Below, in pieces: positions 38,652-54,241 of a stretch of 64,000 nt of DNA. The stretch comes from Mobula hypostoma. Taxonomy: Eukaryota. Where the stretch lies: NCBI RefSeq assembly GCF_963921235.1, contig NC_086100.1, positions 200,386,001 to 200,450,000 of the forward strand. Direction: 5' to 3'. Made by a program: the position numbers and the translations under genes. The notes beneath the pieces are model-generated. The model was not told where the DNA came from. It saw only the letters and a program-made list of their open reading frames with translations, and made no database searches. Within the stretch, counting starts at the first letter, position 1; the number at the start of each line of letters is the position of its first letter.

Positions 38652-41600
38652 ATAACCATATAACAATTACAGCGTGGAAACAGACCATCTCGGCCCTTCT
38701 AGTCTGTGCTGAATGCTTACTCTCACCTAGTACCACCAATCTGCACTCAGTCCATAACCCTTCATTCCTTTCCTGTCCATATAGCTGTCCAATTTTACTG
38801 TAAATGACAATATCGAGCCTGCCTCAACCACTTCTGAAAGCTCGTTCCACACAGCTACCACTCTCTGAGTAAAGAAGTTCCCCTCATGTTATCCCTAAAC
38901 TTTTGCCCACTGACTCTCAACTCATGTCCTCTTGTTTGAATCTCCCCCACTCTCAATGAAAGAAGCCTATCCACGTCAACTCTATCTGTCCCCCTCATAA
39001 TTTTAAATACCTCTATCAAGTCCCCCCTCAACCTTCTATGCTCCAAAGAATAAAGACCCAACTTATTCAACCTTTCTCTGTAACTTAGGTGCTGAAACAC
39101 AGGTAACATTCTCGTAAATCTTCTCTGTACTCTCTCTATTTTGTTGACATCTTTCCTATAATTTGGTGATCAGAACTGTACACAATATTCCAAATTTGGC
39201 CTTACCAATGCCTTGTACACTTTTAACATTACATCACAACTCATATACTCAATGCTCTGATTTATAAGGGCTAGCATACCAAAAGCTTTCATCACCACCC
39301 TATCCACATGATATTCCACCTTTAGGGAACTATGCACCATTATTCCTAGATCCCTCTGTTCTGCTGCATTCTTCAATGCCCCACCATTTACCATGTATGT
39401 CCTATTTTGATTAGTCCTACCAAAATGTAGCACTTCACACTTATCAGCATTAAACTCCATCTGCCATCTTTCAGCCCACTCTTCTAACTGGCCTAAATCT
39501 CTCTGCAAGCTTTGAAAACCTACTTCATTATCCACAACACCACCTATCTTAGTATCATTTGCATACTTACTAATCCAATTTACCATCCTATCATCCAGAT
39601 CATTAATGTATATGACAAACAACATTGGACCCAGTACAGATCCCTGAGGCACACCACTAGTCACCGGCCTCCAACCTGACAAACAGTTATCCTCCACTAC
39701 TCTCTGGTGTCTCCCATCCAGCCACTGTTGAATCCATTTTACTACTTCAATATTAATACCTAATGACTTAACTTCCTAACTAATCTTCCATGTGGAACCT
39801 TGTCAAATGCCTCACTGAAGTCCATATAGGCAACATCCACCGCTTTACCCTCGTCAACTTTCCTAGTAACCTCTTCAAAAAATCCAATAAGATTTGTCAA
39901 ACATAACCTTCCATGCACAAATCCATGTTGACTGTTCTTAATCAGACCCTGGCTATCCAGATAATTATATATACCATCTCTAAGAATACTTTCTATTAAT
40001 TTACCCACACTGACGTCAAACTTACAGGCCAATAATTTCTAGGTTTACTCTTAGAACCCTTTTTAAACAATGGAAGAACATGAGCAATACGCCAATCCTC
40101 CAGCACCATCCCCGTTTCTAATGACATTTGAAATATTTCTGTCAGAGCCCCTGCTATTTCTACACTAACTTCCCTCAAGGTCCTAGGGAATATCCTGTCA
40201 GGACCTGGAGACTTATCCACTTTTATATTCCTTAAAAGTGCCAATACTTCCTCTTCTTTAATCATCATAGTTTCCATAACTTCCCTACCTGTTTCCCTTA
40301 CCTTACACAATTCAATATCCTTCTCCTTAGTGAATACCGAAGAAAAGAAATAGTTCAAAATCTCCCCCATCTCTTTTGATTCCACATATAGCTGTCCACT
40401 CTGACTCTCTAAGGGACCAATTTTATCCCTCACTATCCTTTTGCTATTAATATAACTGTAGAAACCCTTCGGAATTATTTTCACCTTACTTGCCAAAGCA
40501 ACCTCACATCTTCTTTTAGCTTTTCTAATTTCTTTCTTAAGATTCCTTTAACATTCTTTATATTCCTCGAGCACCTTATTTACTCCATGCTGCCTATATT
40601 TATTGTAGATATCTCTCTTTTTCCAAACTAAGTTTCCAATATCCCTTGAAAACCGTGGCTCTCTCAAATTTTTAACCTTTCCTTTCAAACTAACAGGAAC
40701 ATAGAGATTCTGTACCCTCAAAATTTCACCTTTAAATGACCTCCATTTCTCTATTACATCCTTCCCATAAAACAATTTGTCCCAATCCACTTGTTCTAAA
40801 TCCTTTTGCATCTCCTCAAAGGTAGACTTTCTCCAATCAAAAATCTCAACCCTGGGTCCAGACCTATCCTTCTCCATAATTATATTGAAACTAATAGCAT
40901 TGTGATCACTGGACCCGAAGTGCTCCCCAACACAAACCTCCGTCAACTGACCTATCTCATTCCCTAACAGGAGATCCAACACTGCCCCTTCTCTAGTTGG
41001 TACCTCTATGTATTGCTGCAAAAAACTATCCTACACACATTTTACAAACTCCAAACCATCCAGCCCTTTTACAGTATGGACTTCCCAGTCTATGTGTGGA
41101 AAATTAAAATCTCCTACAATTAAAACCTTGTGCTTACTACAAATATCTGCTATCTCCTTACAAATTTGCCCCTCAAATTCTCTCTCCCCATTAGGTGGCT
41201 ATAATACAGCCCTATAAGTGTTACTACACCTTCCCCATTCCTCAATTCCACCCAAATAGCCTCCCTGGATGAGCCCTCTAATCCATCCTGCCAGAGCACC
41301 GCTGTAATATTTTCTCTGACAAGCAATGCAACACCTCCCCCTTTCGTCCCTCTGATTCTATCACACCTGAAGCAACGAAATCCAGGAATATTTAGTTGCC
41401 AATCACACCCCTCCTGCAACCATGTTTCACTAATAGCTACAACATCATACTTCCAGGTATCAATCCATGCTCTAAGCTCATCCACCTTTCTTACAATGCT
41501 CCTAGCATTAAAATCAATGAATTTAAGAAATTTTCCACCTCTTACTCTCTGTTTATCACTGACGGTGCAAACAATTTTACTATCTCCTTTTTCTTCCTTC

Positions 41601-42761
41601 TCCCCTACATCTGTTCCTACACTCTGGTTCCCCTCCCCCCTTCTATCTCGTTTAAATCCGCTGGAGCCTCTCTAGCAAACCTACCTGCAAGAATATTTGT
41701 CCCCTGCAGTTCAGATGTAAACCGTCCTGCCGGAACAGGTCCCACTTTCCCTGGAAAACTGCCCAATTATCAATAAATCTGAAGCCCTCCCTCCTGCACC
41801 ATGTCTGCAGCCACGTGTTGATCTGCACTGTCTTACTATTTCTAAACCCGCCTGCACGTGGCACTGGTAGCAATCCTGAGATTGCTATCCTGGAGGTCCT
41901 GTACTTTAACTTGGCGTCTGACTTCCTGAACTCACCTTTCAGGACCTCCTCGCTCTTCCTACCCATGTCATTGGTCCCTATAGGGACCACTACATCTGGC
42001 TGCTCACCTTCCCTCTTGAGAATACTGAGAACTCGATCCAAGATATCATGAACCTTGGCACCAGGGAGGCAACAGACCACCGGGAATCTTGATCTCTTCC
42101 ACAGAACCTCTTATCTGTCCACCTATCGAATCCCCTATCACTACTGCTCTCCTCTTTTCCCTCCTTCCCTTCTGAGCTGAGGGTCCCGTCTCAGTGCCAG
42201 AGACACAACCACTGCAACTTGTCCCTGTAGGTCGTCCCCACCAACAGTATCCAAAACGATATACTTATTGTTGATGGGAATGGCCACAGGGGTGCTCTGC
42301 TCTTTCTGTCTGTTCTCCTTCCCTCTCCTGACAGTCACCCAGCTACCTGCCTCCTGACCTTTAGGAGTGACTGTCCCCCTGAAACTCCTGTCTATTTCTG
42401 CCTTTGCCTCATGAATGATCAGAAGTTCATCCAGCTCCAGTTCCATAACTCGGTTTGTCAGGAGCTGCAGCTGGATGCACCTTTTACAGGTGTAGTCACC
42501 AGGGACGATTGTGTGTCCCCGACTTCCCACATCCTGCAAACGGAGCACTCGACTGCCCTAACTGCTGCCTCCATTACCTACTCTTAAGGTAATTAAATTA
42601 ATTAAAGGTACTTACCCGGCCTTACCTCACTGGGAGCAAGCTCGTCCTCAGCCTCTCGAGCCAAAGCCTTCCTACTCTATCTCCCACTACTACGTCACCC
42701 GTAAAACCATCACCCGCTCTGTTAATCTACTCACTTTTTAACTCTCCCGCTGCCTCACAAG
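38652..42761 (-). mobile_element. Near full-length decayed CR1 LINE, copy 2
   Basis: Identical ORFs at +23801. Confidence 0.92.
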
Positions 42762-42809
42762 ACAAGAGTCAGGCTGCACTTATTATTGCAACATATCCCA
42801 GAAAGGATG

Positions 42810-43386
42810 TGTAACACTCACTTCGCCTAGCGGCTTAAAATAGGGGGTGATATCCCCCTGCCCGGCAAAACTTAAGAAATCTCGTTTGGGTGGATGCTGC
42901 GTGATGTGTCCCCTATTACAAATCAGTACCCCGGAATAACAAATAGTACACAATAAGCGATTAAACAATGAAGCTTTATAACTCTTACTTTGACTGTATG
43001 GTTAGTAGAGAAACAGGGCGCCAATCTTATTAAACAGTCTGTGCACACAAAGTTGGAGCTCACGCAGTTCAGCAGTTCTTCTTCCACCATCGATCTCCGA
43101 GCGTCACCGACCTTCGGACCCCTGCTCCCAGTCCACCCCATCTGGCGGTCCACCAAATTTCTCCATTCGCGTCTTCTCTCTTAATCTCTCTTTCTCTCCT
43201 TCTGGCAAAAAACCCACAAAGACAACTGCTTCCAGAATCACAAGACACAGCAACAATCTCTTATTGGCGAGCCACTAAGTCATAACCCAGACATTGCTGC
43301 TGCAGAGAAACCATTACCTTAACGGTGAAACATTACATAGAAGCCATTACATTAGCCTTAGCAGTGAAACCTTACAGTGTGTTACA
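42810..43386. mobile_element. Solo LTR, copy 2
   Basis: Same termini and GATG TSD. Confidence 0.88.
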
Positions 43387-44939
43387 GATGTTTTTCATTG
43401 GAGAGAGTCCAGAAGACGTTCAGGAGGATGATTCCGAGAATGAAGAGGTAAACAGATGAGGGACATTTGGCAGTTTTGGGCCAAGAGTCACTGGAATTTA
43501 GAAGAATGCGGGGAGATCTCATTGAAGCCTACCGAATGTTGAAAGGACTAGATAGGTTGGATGTGGAGAGAGTGTTTCCTATGGTGGGGGTATCCAGAAC
43601 TGGAGGGCACAGCCTCAAAACTGAGGGGCGACCCTTTATAACAGAGGTAAGGAGGAATTTTTTTAGCCAGAAAGGAGCAAATCTGTTGAATGCTGTGCCA
43701 TGGTCTGCAACGGGGGCCAAGTCCATGGATATCTTTAAGGTAGAAGTTGATAATTTCCTGGTTGGTCAGGGCATCAAAGGATATAGTGAGAAGGAAGGTG
43801 TATGGAGTTCAGTGGGATCCGGGATCAGCCATGATGGAATGGCAGAGCAGACTCGATGGGCTGAATGGCCTAATTCTGCTCCTATGTTTTATGGTCTTAA
43901 GTGGTGCACACAAGCTCAATTTCAGCATTTAATAGAAGTTTGGACATGTACCTGGATGGTAGGGGTATAGAGGGCTATGGTCCAGGTGCAGGTCACTGGA
44001 AATAGGCCGTTTGAATCATTTGACACAGACTAGATGGGCCTGTGCCTTTCTCTGTGTGTCTTTTTTTCCTGTGACTTTATGCCCAATGTCTTTGGTCCTA
44101 GACTTATTTCTTGGCATAATTTACATATTACTATTTAACTATTTATGGTTTTATTACTTTTAAGTTATTTATGGTGCAACTGTAACGAAAACCATTTTCC
44201 CCCGGGATCAATAAAGTATGACTATGACTATGACTATGACTAAATAAAATCAGGTAACCAGCCAGTACAAGCAATGTCCAGCAGGACAAAAATGCAATTC
44301 AGATGCATGACGGCCATAAAACCAGTATTAAAGTAGCAATATAACAAATTTATGGACGATGCTTGATCGATTGGTTCAGAGCAATTATAGCTCTGGGGAA
44401 AAAGCTATTTTTCAGTCTGGAAGTGCAGGCATAGAAAATCTTATAACGTCTGCCAGATGGAAGAAGTTCAAACAGATGATTGCATGGGTGTGTATTGTCC
44501 TTACAGATGCTTGTAGCTTTCCGTAGGCAGTGAGAGCTGTCGGTCTCCTCCAGGGCTGGGAGCTGTGTCCCGATGATCTTCTGTGCGCTAGAGACGACCC
44601 GCTGAAGTGCTTTCCTGTCAGCGGATGTACAACTGAGATACCACACAGAGATGCAGTATGTTAAGCTGCTCTCTATAGTGCAACGGTAAAAAGTCACCGG
44701 CATCTGTTCAGGCAGACCAGATTTCTTCAGCGTCCTGAGGAAAAACAAGCGTTGCTGTGCTTTCTTAACTATTGTTGTGGTGTTAGTGGACCATGTAAGG
44801 TCTTCTGAGATATGTATTCCCAGAAACCTGAAACTGGACACTCTGTCCACTATGTCTCCATTAATGTGGACTGGAGCGTACTCGTCATCCCGTGACTTTC
44901 CAAAATTGATGGACTTGATGCATATGGGACCAGTTTCAA

Positions 44940-46255
44940 TTGAAGTGTGAGAAATTACTTAAAGAGAAAAGTAAACGAGAGGAAGCAGCTGTACTGGTGA
45001 AGGATGAAGTGGAAGGATTAAGGAAACAGTGCAGTGATTTAAAGATGGCTATGAATGTGATTCAGAAATCAGCACAGGAAAAGATGAGTAACACAGGAGA
45101 TCATGCAAAGTGTTTAAAGCACATTCAAAAGCTGCAGGACCAACTTGTGGCACAGCGAGGTATAATATGTGCTTTTGGATCAGAAGAAGGGGGGGAAGGT
45201 GAATATGGAGACATTGATTGGCATGACTTAGCAGATGAAGCTACTAGATACGGTTATGATAATTATGAAGCACCATTTCCCAAGGAACTTCCACCGACAC
45301 CCTACCAACGACACTGGTGCTGCCGTCTGCACGATTGGCACCCCTAGTTACTATCAGAGAGCCGGGGAGCCAGGGGAGAAAATAAAAATCAGAATGTAAC
45401 TCACACCACACCGTTCGGGGTACAGCACCTTAGAGGTATTGCTAAAGATATCGGGACATGTGTGCTCGGAGACGATCCTCGAGAGCTTTCCCAAGCAACT
45501 AGTCATCAGAGAATAATATGTGGCCCAGACGACTCTGAGGAAAGGAAATTGATTACAATGTGTTTACACCCAAATATACACCCAGCTTTGCCAGATATAC
45601 AATGACATGGTGGGGGAACGAGTGAGGAACTGAAAAACGCAGTAATGACTGTTATGGGAGTTAACAGAGGGAACTGGGTAGACGCGTTAGGCAAATGTTA
45701 CCAGAGGAGAGGTGAACATCCCACTGCACTTGCATCCCGTTTATGGACTGTGTTCCAAGGGGTTTATGGGACAGCATTAGAGTGGGACCTTTTAGGACCA
45801 GAGGCATCAAATAGACGATTGAGAACACTGGTCGCCCCCTGTACCGATGAATCTAAAAAGGCATGGAAATATTTGATCCTCCTGAGCCCACACAGACTGA
45901 GGCATGGGTACTGAGGAAAATGTGTAGAGCGTGGGAAAAGGAGACGCAAAGATCATCTAAACTCTCTAATGGGAAGGTGATGCCTGGTAAAAGTCAGGCA
46001 CCTGCCTGGAGAAATGAGGGTAGGGGACGCACCCTGAGGGTCTCCCTGCCATACCATCAAGGGGCAAGGAAGGGCAGAGGAAACGGAACAGGGCCAGGAA
46101 CAGGGAGAACTGAAGATGGAGTAATCAAATGTTATAACTGTGGTCAAGAGGGGCACATTAAGAGAGAATGTCCAAACCTGAGACGAGTAAGAACAGAGCA
46201 AAATAGTTTGCCCTTGCAGGGGCCAGAACGATGGAGCCCACAAATAACGTGGTGA
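44940..46255 (+). pseudogene. gag: gag-like, disrupted (copy C)
   Basis: Same ORFs as 21139-22454. Confidence 0.82.
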
Positions 46256-46340
46256 AGACACCACCATCCAGGGAATTGAACCTGAGCTTCAGTGATGGTG
46301 TCAGGCCTCACCAACATGGCTGTGTGACACAAGGTGGGAT

Positions 46341-48968
46341 GAAGCCGGGAGACCTCCAGTGAGTGGTAGGGTCAGAGGCTGCCCTGTTACCTTCTTATGG
46401 GACACTGGAGGATCAAGAACCACCATCAACACCACTAATATAAATAAGGTAAATTGGGAGACACAAGGTAAAATGATCCCTAGTGGATTCACAGGATATT
46501 CGCAAGTGGGACATGTGAGTGTACCATTGGAAGTAAGGATAGGACACGTAGCACTGGAACATTCAGTAGTGTTGGTGGACTTACCCAGGGAGCAGGAACA
46601 CATACTGGGGAGTGACTATATGGCCAAACCGGGGCTTTGTTTAGACCAGTTAATTGTATGAATTAGGGATGCCAACTGGCATGAGTAACATCCACCAGCT
46701 GCAGATCCCAGCGGGAGAATATCAGGATAGAATCTGCACAATGGGTGAGATGTGGATCAAACCGGAGATGAGCAATGATCAGATGCTGCAGCAAATGATC
46801 GCACAGAACTCAGGGGCATTTGCACGGTACATGCATGACTGCAGAAAGATGGCTGGCAGTGTGTGCATACAAGGTCCAGACCCCAAACCACAGAAGCAAT
46901 ATGGGTTTCCCAAAAAAGTGAGGAAGGTGTTGGTAAGGTAATACAGAGTTTGGGACAACAAGGGGTACTGAGGCCAGTAGCCTCCACTGACAACTCACCC
47001 AAATGGCCAGTGAGGAAACCAGATGGTAGTTGGAGGTTGACAATAGACTATTGTGAGCTGAATAAAGTAACTCCATTAACACCCCCAACTGTAGCAACTA
47101 ACCCGGAGACAGTGGTCAAACAGAATGAAAGAGCAGACTGGTTCACAGTTTTAGACATAAATAATGGATTTTGGTCTATCCCACCAGAAAGAGAGTGTCA
47201 ATACAAGTTGACAGTTTCAGGGACAGCAGTATACATGGACTGCCCTACCACAGAATTCCCCATCTATATTTCACCAGCATTTAGCAGAAGGGTTACAATG
47301 GTTCTCAAAACCCGAGTGCTTGGTACAATATGTAGATGATCTACTCCTGCAGACCGAAAACAAGCAGGAACATTATCAGCTATTGACAGAGCTGCTGTAA
47401 TTATTACTTGCATTGGGACTAAAGGTAAACCATAAAAAAACACAGGTGATGAAACAAGAAGTTAGTTATTTGGGAATGATCTTGACACTGGGGAAAAGAG
47501 AAATTGATAAGCGAAGAGTAGAATTGGTTATGAAACTGCCTATTCCCCGAGACCTGAAAGTGCTGTGGTCCTTTCTGGGGCTGGTAGGATACTGTAGATA
47601 TCACATTGATGGATTTTTCACTAAGGCACCTCCTTTAATAGTGTTACTGAAAAAGAATGTAGTGTGGGGATGGAAATCAGAGCACACCCAGGCCATCACA
47701 GCTCTGAATCAAGCATTGGCCACTGCGCCTGCTTTAAAAACTCCAAATCCGAATGAGCAATTCTCATTGGAGGTGGTCACAACTGAAACCACTCTCTCAG
47801 CAGTCCTGTCACAGGAGACGCATGGGAAGTTAAGACCAGTAGCGTATGCATCACGCATGGTCTCACCAGTAGAATGGGTAAAACTCTTCTTAGTGTTTTT
47901 CTGGGCGGCATGACATTTCGCCTACATAGTGGAACTTAATCCATTTACAATACTGACAGAACACACTTGATAGCAAATGATCCCAAGGGCCCAATTGTAC
48001 TGAAACAAAAAGGAGGGCGTGGAAGCAGATCAGATAAGGTAATGACTGAGAACAAAGACACAAAGAAAAAAGAAAAAGCCTACTTTAAAATTTTTGTAGA
48101 TGGGTCTTCATCAGTACAGGAGGGTGAGAGGAGAGCTGGGTGTGGCATGTATGTCGAGGATGGACATGGCCAGGAAAGGCATAGTGTAGCTTTAAAGTTA
48201 CCATCAGTGCACAGGCAGCAGAATTGGCAGCTGTGGTATTTGTGGTCAGCCACACAGAACGTTTTCTGCCTGGGTCAGTCATACACTGATAGTATGTACG
48301 TTTGTAACAGCCTTACTGAACATTTCCCTCTGTGGGAAGCCGGGGGGTTTGTTTCAGCTGACGGAAAGCCCCTCCCATCTGCTGCTTTATTGCAATATAT
48401 ATTTGAAGAGGCAAAAGGAAAAGAATATGGAGTCGTAAATGTGAAAGTCCACTCTAAATTATCTCCTGAGGGAAATAGAAAGGCCGGCGAATTGGCAAAG
48501 CGAGGTGCTTTATCCGGGCAGGAATGGCAGCCACAGATTGGGGAGATTGGGAGGCAGAAAGAACAAGAGATTAAGGTTATGGATTTAACAGAGGAGCAGA
48601 AGAAAGATAAAGAATTTTAAAAATTGATAGAAGGCGCAGGGTCTGAAATATACAAAGAGCACGAGGGAGTGTTTGTCAAAGTTGGAGTTGTCCTTCATGA
48701 AGAAAAGTTTGTGATTCCAAAGGGAGGAAGAAAGCAGATGATCCATTGGTTCCATGATTTACGGGGACACCAGGGGTGTGGAAGCTCCCTGGAAAAGATC
48801 AAGGAAGTCGGCTGGTGGCCCAAGAGGAAGGATGATGTGGATCATTATGTCAAAAATTGCTTGATTCGTGCACAATATAATCCTGATAGAAATGTAAAGA
48901 AAGGAGCCCTTCGACACACCAGACCAATGGAAGAGCCTTGGTCTAATTTGCCGATAGATTATGTTGGT
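46341..48968 (+). pseudogene. pol: pol PR-RT-RH-RH-IN(N), copy C
   Basis: Same ORFs as copy B. Confidence 0.88.
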
Positions 48969-49107
48969 TTCGAGGTCGCTTCCGGGTCATCAAGGGAATG
49001 GCGGCGTAAGGAAAAGGTCTCTCGACAAAAAAGAAGTTAAACTGCCCCAAAATCGAATTTAGACAAATACTTAATATTTTATAACTATATTAATAAAAGG
49101 GGCAAGG

Positions 49108-50094
49108 ATGATGTCTAAGAACAAGATTAAAAAGTCCGCTCAGAAGGCTGATAAACACAAAGAGATGCAGCAAGGCGACGGGCCTAGCTCCCACACAGCA
49201 AGCCAGGACGGAGATAATGAGGGGGAATCGGTGACTCTGTCTTTGATTCTCGGAGAGATTCGCGAGTTCCGACAAGATAACAGCAAACAGCTGGAAGATA
49301 TTAAAGGAGAAATAGTAAAAACTAACTCGTGGATAGATGAAGCTGAAGCGAGGATTGTTGGAATTGAAGAGAAGCTACAAAACGCCGAGCAAGTGATAGC
49401 AGAAATGCTGAAGCTACAAGACCAGCTCCAGTGGAAACTAATAGATTAAGAAGGCCGCTCGAGAAGGGAAAATGTGAGGATCTACGGAGTTCCCGAAGGA
49501 ACCGAAGGTAAACCCGGATTGATGATTCCCTTCGTGGAGAAGCTGCCTAGAGAGAACCTTGATATACCGGCCGCAAAAGACCTACAGGTAGAAAGGGCTC
49601 ACCGCGCGTTGGCACCACAGCCTCCGGCAGGCGCCCAGCCCAGATCGATTCTGGTCAGATTTCTCAGTTACAGAACGAACGAAGAGGTGCTTAAAAGAGC
49701 ATGGCAAAAGAAAGGTTTCATGTGGAACAACTGCAAAATCAGTTTAGACCACGACTACGCACCGGGGATTCTTGCCAGACGGAAGGAATATACGGAAACA
49801 CGGAGAGTCCTGAAGGAAAACAACATCAGATTCCAGACCCTGTATCCAGCTCGGCTGAGAGTCTTTTACGACGAAGGGACAAAAACTTACGCTACGGTGG
49901 AGGAGGCAACGTTGGACCTGGCGGACCGGGGACTACCTATTAAAGTTGTCACCCAACCGGAGTTGCTACTGGAGAGGATTCGGCAGAAGTCGTGGCAGTT
50001 AGTGGGGCGAGGACGCTCCACTCGAACCAGAGTGTCAAACTACAAGGAAAAGCTGCAAATATTCAGACGCGAATGTACAGAGAATACAGATTAA
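49108..50094 (+). pseudogene. L1 ORF1p, copy 3 (same stop)
   Basis: Identical translation. Confidence 0.9.
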
Positions 50095-50456
50095 TTAAGA
50101 GAAATGACTGAAAAGAGTAAATCGGACTTAAAAGTAAAATGAAAACTGGTAACTGAAAATAATCTAGGCGGAATAACTTGAATGATAGCAATATGGTCGA
50201 GACATAAATAGGAGAAAATTCTCTATGATTATTCAAACTGCTGAGGGCCCTCTAACACAGGGTGAAGATAGAGGTTATCCCTCTGAACTGAGGCGGGTCA
50301 GTGCTCAGGCCTCACTGTGGGAAGTCGGGGAAAATTTTCAAATGTTATACGTTCAGAAATGTCTAGGGTGTGGTTATATGTCTTGGTTTACTGTTGAGAA
50401 GGGATTGCTTACTGTTTGGTTAGAAAAGGAGAGTGCTTTTTTTCTACTAGAGAAAA

Positions 50457-53400
50457 ATGCAAACTGAATTGGTAAAAATAATTTCCTATAATGTTAATGG
50501 GGTTTTGAATCCAATTAAAAGAAATAAGATTATGTCTAAATTGAAAAAAGAGAGGGCACAAATAGCTTTCCTCCAGGAAACACATATGAGCCAATCTGAA
50601 CATGGAAAATTAACAAGAATGGGCTTTAAGCATGTATTTTATTCATCATATAAATTGAGTCACAAAAGAGGGGTAGCTACTTTAATATCAAGTACTCTTA
50701 ATTATGAACATATTTCAGAGACTAGAGACAAAGAAGGACGGTTTGTAAAAATCACAGGAAGAATAGAAGGTACAGAAATAACATTGCTGAATGTTTATGC
50801 TCCTCCAGGTAGTGAATGGTCATTTTATAGACACATTTTTGACCTAATGGTCAGTTCTCGAGGGGTAGTAATTTGTGGAGGGGATTTTAATATTAGATTA
50901 AATCCTATATTAGATTCTTCAAGAATTGTTACTCAGAATAAACCTCTGACTCGGAAAGTGAATTCATTGATGGAGGAGTTGGGAATTATAGATGTCTGGA
51001 GGGAATTACACCCTACTAGTAAAGATTATACATACTACTCTTTCCCTCATTCAGCCTATTCAAGGATAGACTATTTCTTTATCTTTAATACAGATAGACT
51101 CAGGATAAAAAACTGTAATATTGCAACAATTGATCTGTCGGATCATAGCCCAGTCTCTATGTCTCTAATCCTGGAAAGGAAAATGAGGAAAACACTATGG
51201 AGGCTAAACTCACATATACTCAATAACCCGAAAGTAATGGAGAGATTAAGGGGAGAAATCAAAGAATATCTAGACCTTAATGACACGGGAGAAACATCAC
51301 CAGTGATTTTATGGGATACATTGAAAGCTGTACTGAGAGGGAAAATTATTTCCATTACTACTCACATGAAAAAAATCAATGCACAAAAATTAGCAGACCT
51401 TCAAGGAAAATTAAAACAACTTCAAGTTGTAGATAGCAACAAAAGTAATTCAAATCGAAAACAGGAAATTAGGAAATTGCAAAGTGAAATTGATGATATT
51501 TATACGTTGGAAACTCAAAGAAATTTTCTTTACCTGAGACAAAAGAATTATGAAGTAAGTAAATCAGCTAGATTATTAGCATATAAATTACGAAAACAAC
51601 AAGCAGACAATACAATTCATAAAATAAAGAATCCAAAGACAAAGCTTGTGGAGAGTACAATAGGGAAAATTCAAGAGAGTTTTGAAACATATTATCGAGA
51701 GCTGTACTCCCAACCCCGGGCCCCCAATGTGCCCTATATAGACAGTGTATTGAATTTTTTAGATCTACCTAAACTTACAGATTTACAAAATGAAAGTTTA
51801 TTAGAACCAGTAACTGTCAAAGAACTGAATGTGGCCATCTCTAGGTTAAAGGCTGGAAAGTCCCCGGGTTCTGATGGGTTTACCTCAGAGTGGTACAAGT
51901 CCCTGAAGACACAGTTAGCCCCATTACTACTTAACACCTTTAATTGGATCTTGCAGAGAGGAGAAACTCCACCTTCCTGGAGAGAAGCGATTATTTCGGT
52001 TATTCCTAAAGAGGGTAAAGATAAACTAGAATGTGGCAATTATTGGCCAATTAGTGTTCTTAATTTAGATTACAAACTATTTACATCTATATTAGCGCGC
52101 AGATTGGAAAAGCTTTTACCTGGCCTAATCCATTTAGACCAGACTGGATTTATTCAACAAAGACAAACACAGGACAACATAAGGAGAACTCTGCACATAT
52201 TAGAACAGGTTAATAAGAACGAGACAGAGACAATGGTAGTAGGATTGGACGCTGAGAAAGCTTTTGATTCGGTTAGTTGGGCATTCCTATACAGAGTGTT
52301 AGGAAGATTCGGCTTTCAAGAAAGGTTTATTAAAGTAATTCAGACTCTATATGACAGCCCTACAGCCCGAATTAAGATAAATGGGGACCTCTCTGACTCC
52401 TTCATTTTAGAGAGAGGCACTAGACAGGGATGCCCAATTTCTCCTCTCCTTTTTGCGCTATATATTGAACCACTTGCCCAACTAATAAGACAGAGCGAAA
52501 TCGTAAAAGGTATCAAGGTGGCAGGGATTGAACAGAAAGTGGCGTTATTCGCAGATGATGTTTTGGTCTATCTGAGTGAACCAGAAAAATCATTTATAGG
52601 ATTGTTTACACTGTTGGATGACTTTGGGAAAATATCAGGTTATAAAATAAATGTAAAGAAAACGCAGGTTATGTCCTTAAATTATACACCATCCAAAAAA
52701 TTGCAGGATACATACGATCTTAAGTGGGAAGCTAAATCATTAAAATATTTAGGAATAACCCTGCCGAAGGATCTTTCAACACTGTCACAGGTAAATTATG
52801 GGCCATTAATCTCAGAGATAAAAGCAGATATGCATAGATGGAATCTTATCCCCTTTTTAAGTTTAAATTCAAGGATAAATACTATAAAGATGAATATTCT
52901 TCCTCGGTTATTATATCTTTTCCGTACTTTACCAGTGGAGGTGGATGATAATCAATTCAGGGAATGGGACAAATGGATTTCCCGCTTCATTTGGCAAGGA
53001 AGGAAACCTAGAATTCGATATAACACCTTACAGTTAGGGAAGGAAGGAGGAGGTATGGTTCTTCCTTGCCTGAGAAATTATTTTTATGCCTCACAGATAA
53101 CCCCTCTGTTATATTGGTGTAATAGGGAATATAAGGCTAGATGGAAGGAAATAGAATTTGGATTAGTTGACAGTTTTCCTCTTCAGGCCTCAATAGCTGA
53201 CAAAGGATTGATGGCCAGTTGGAAAAATTTAATAATGCTTGGATAAATCTTACATTAAAAGTATGGCAGAAGGTGGTTAATTCATGTGGAATTAATAACA
53301 TGTTAAAACTCTTTAGATGATGTGCATATGATACCGAATTCCTTCCCAACAGAGGAGATAAAAGATTTGAGCTATGGATAAAGAAAGGTCTTACAACCTA

Positions 53401-54241
53401 CCTCTCATTTATAGATAAAAGAGTATTACAAAGTTTCCAAATCCTGCAGGACAAACATGGCCTAGAACATAATGACTTTTTTAGGTACCTTCAAATACAA
53501 AACTATGTTAACCAGAGTTGTAGATATACAGACCTATCAACAGTAGAATTAGAATTTTTCAAGATTCTGAATTCGGCTTGCAGTTCAATACCTAGTAAAT
53601 CAGTTTCTCGCCTATATAATGCACTCTCCCATGCTAAAAATGTAAATACACTGTATATTAAAGAGAAGTGGGAGAAAGAAGCGGGGTTGGTACTTTCAGA
53701 GGAGGCTTGGGGGAAAATCTGCTGCTTTCAATGGTCCTCGACTAATTCTTTGACTTGGAGAGAACATTGTTGGAAAAACATTATAAGATACTTCAAGACC
53801 CCATATCAGGAAAAATATAAAGATACAAATGTGATGTGTTGGAGAAGGTGCGGCTCCAAGGAGGCAAATTATTTTCATATTTTCTGGGATTGCCCTAAAT
53901 TAAGTCTATTTTGGGAAGGTATTCATAGAACATTAGTTAAGGTACTTAGGTCCCAGATACCTCTGAACTTTGAGACGCTCTATTTGGGGCATGTATTGTT
54001 CCTTGAACAGAAGGAAGATATAAAGTTGCTGCAGGCCCTCTTAGCGGCAAGTAAGAAATCAATCACTAGAAAATGGCTAAATCCAATACCACCTACATTA
54101 GAAGATTGGTACGAAATTATCTTGGAAATATTTAAAATGGAAAAGTTGACCTACTCCCTGAGAACTCAAAAAGAAACATTTTATCAAATCTGGAATAAAT
54201 GGATTGAATATATAACCCCAATGCGAGCAGACTTTAGATGA
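50457..54241 (+). pseudogene. L1 ORF2p, copy 3
   Basis: 929-aa ORF 50457-53246 plus C-terminal ORF 53687-54241. Confidence 0.93.
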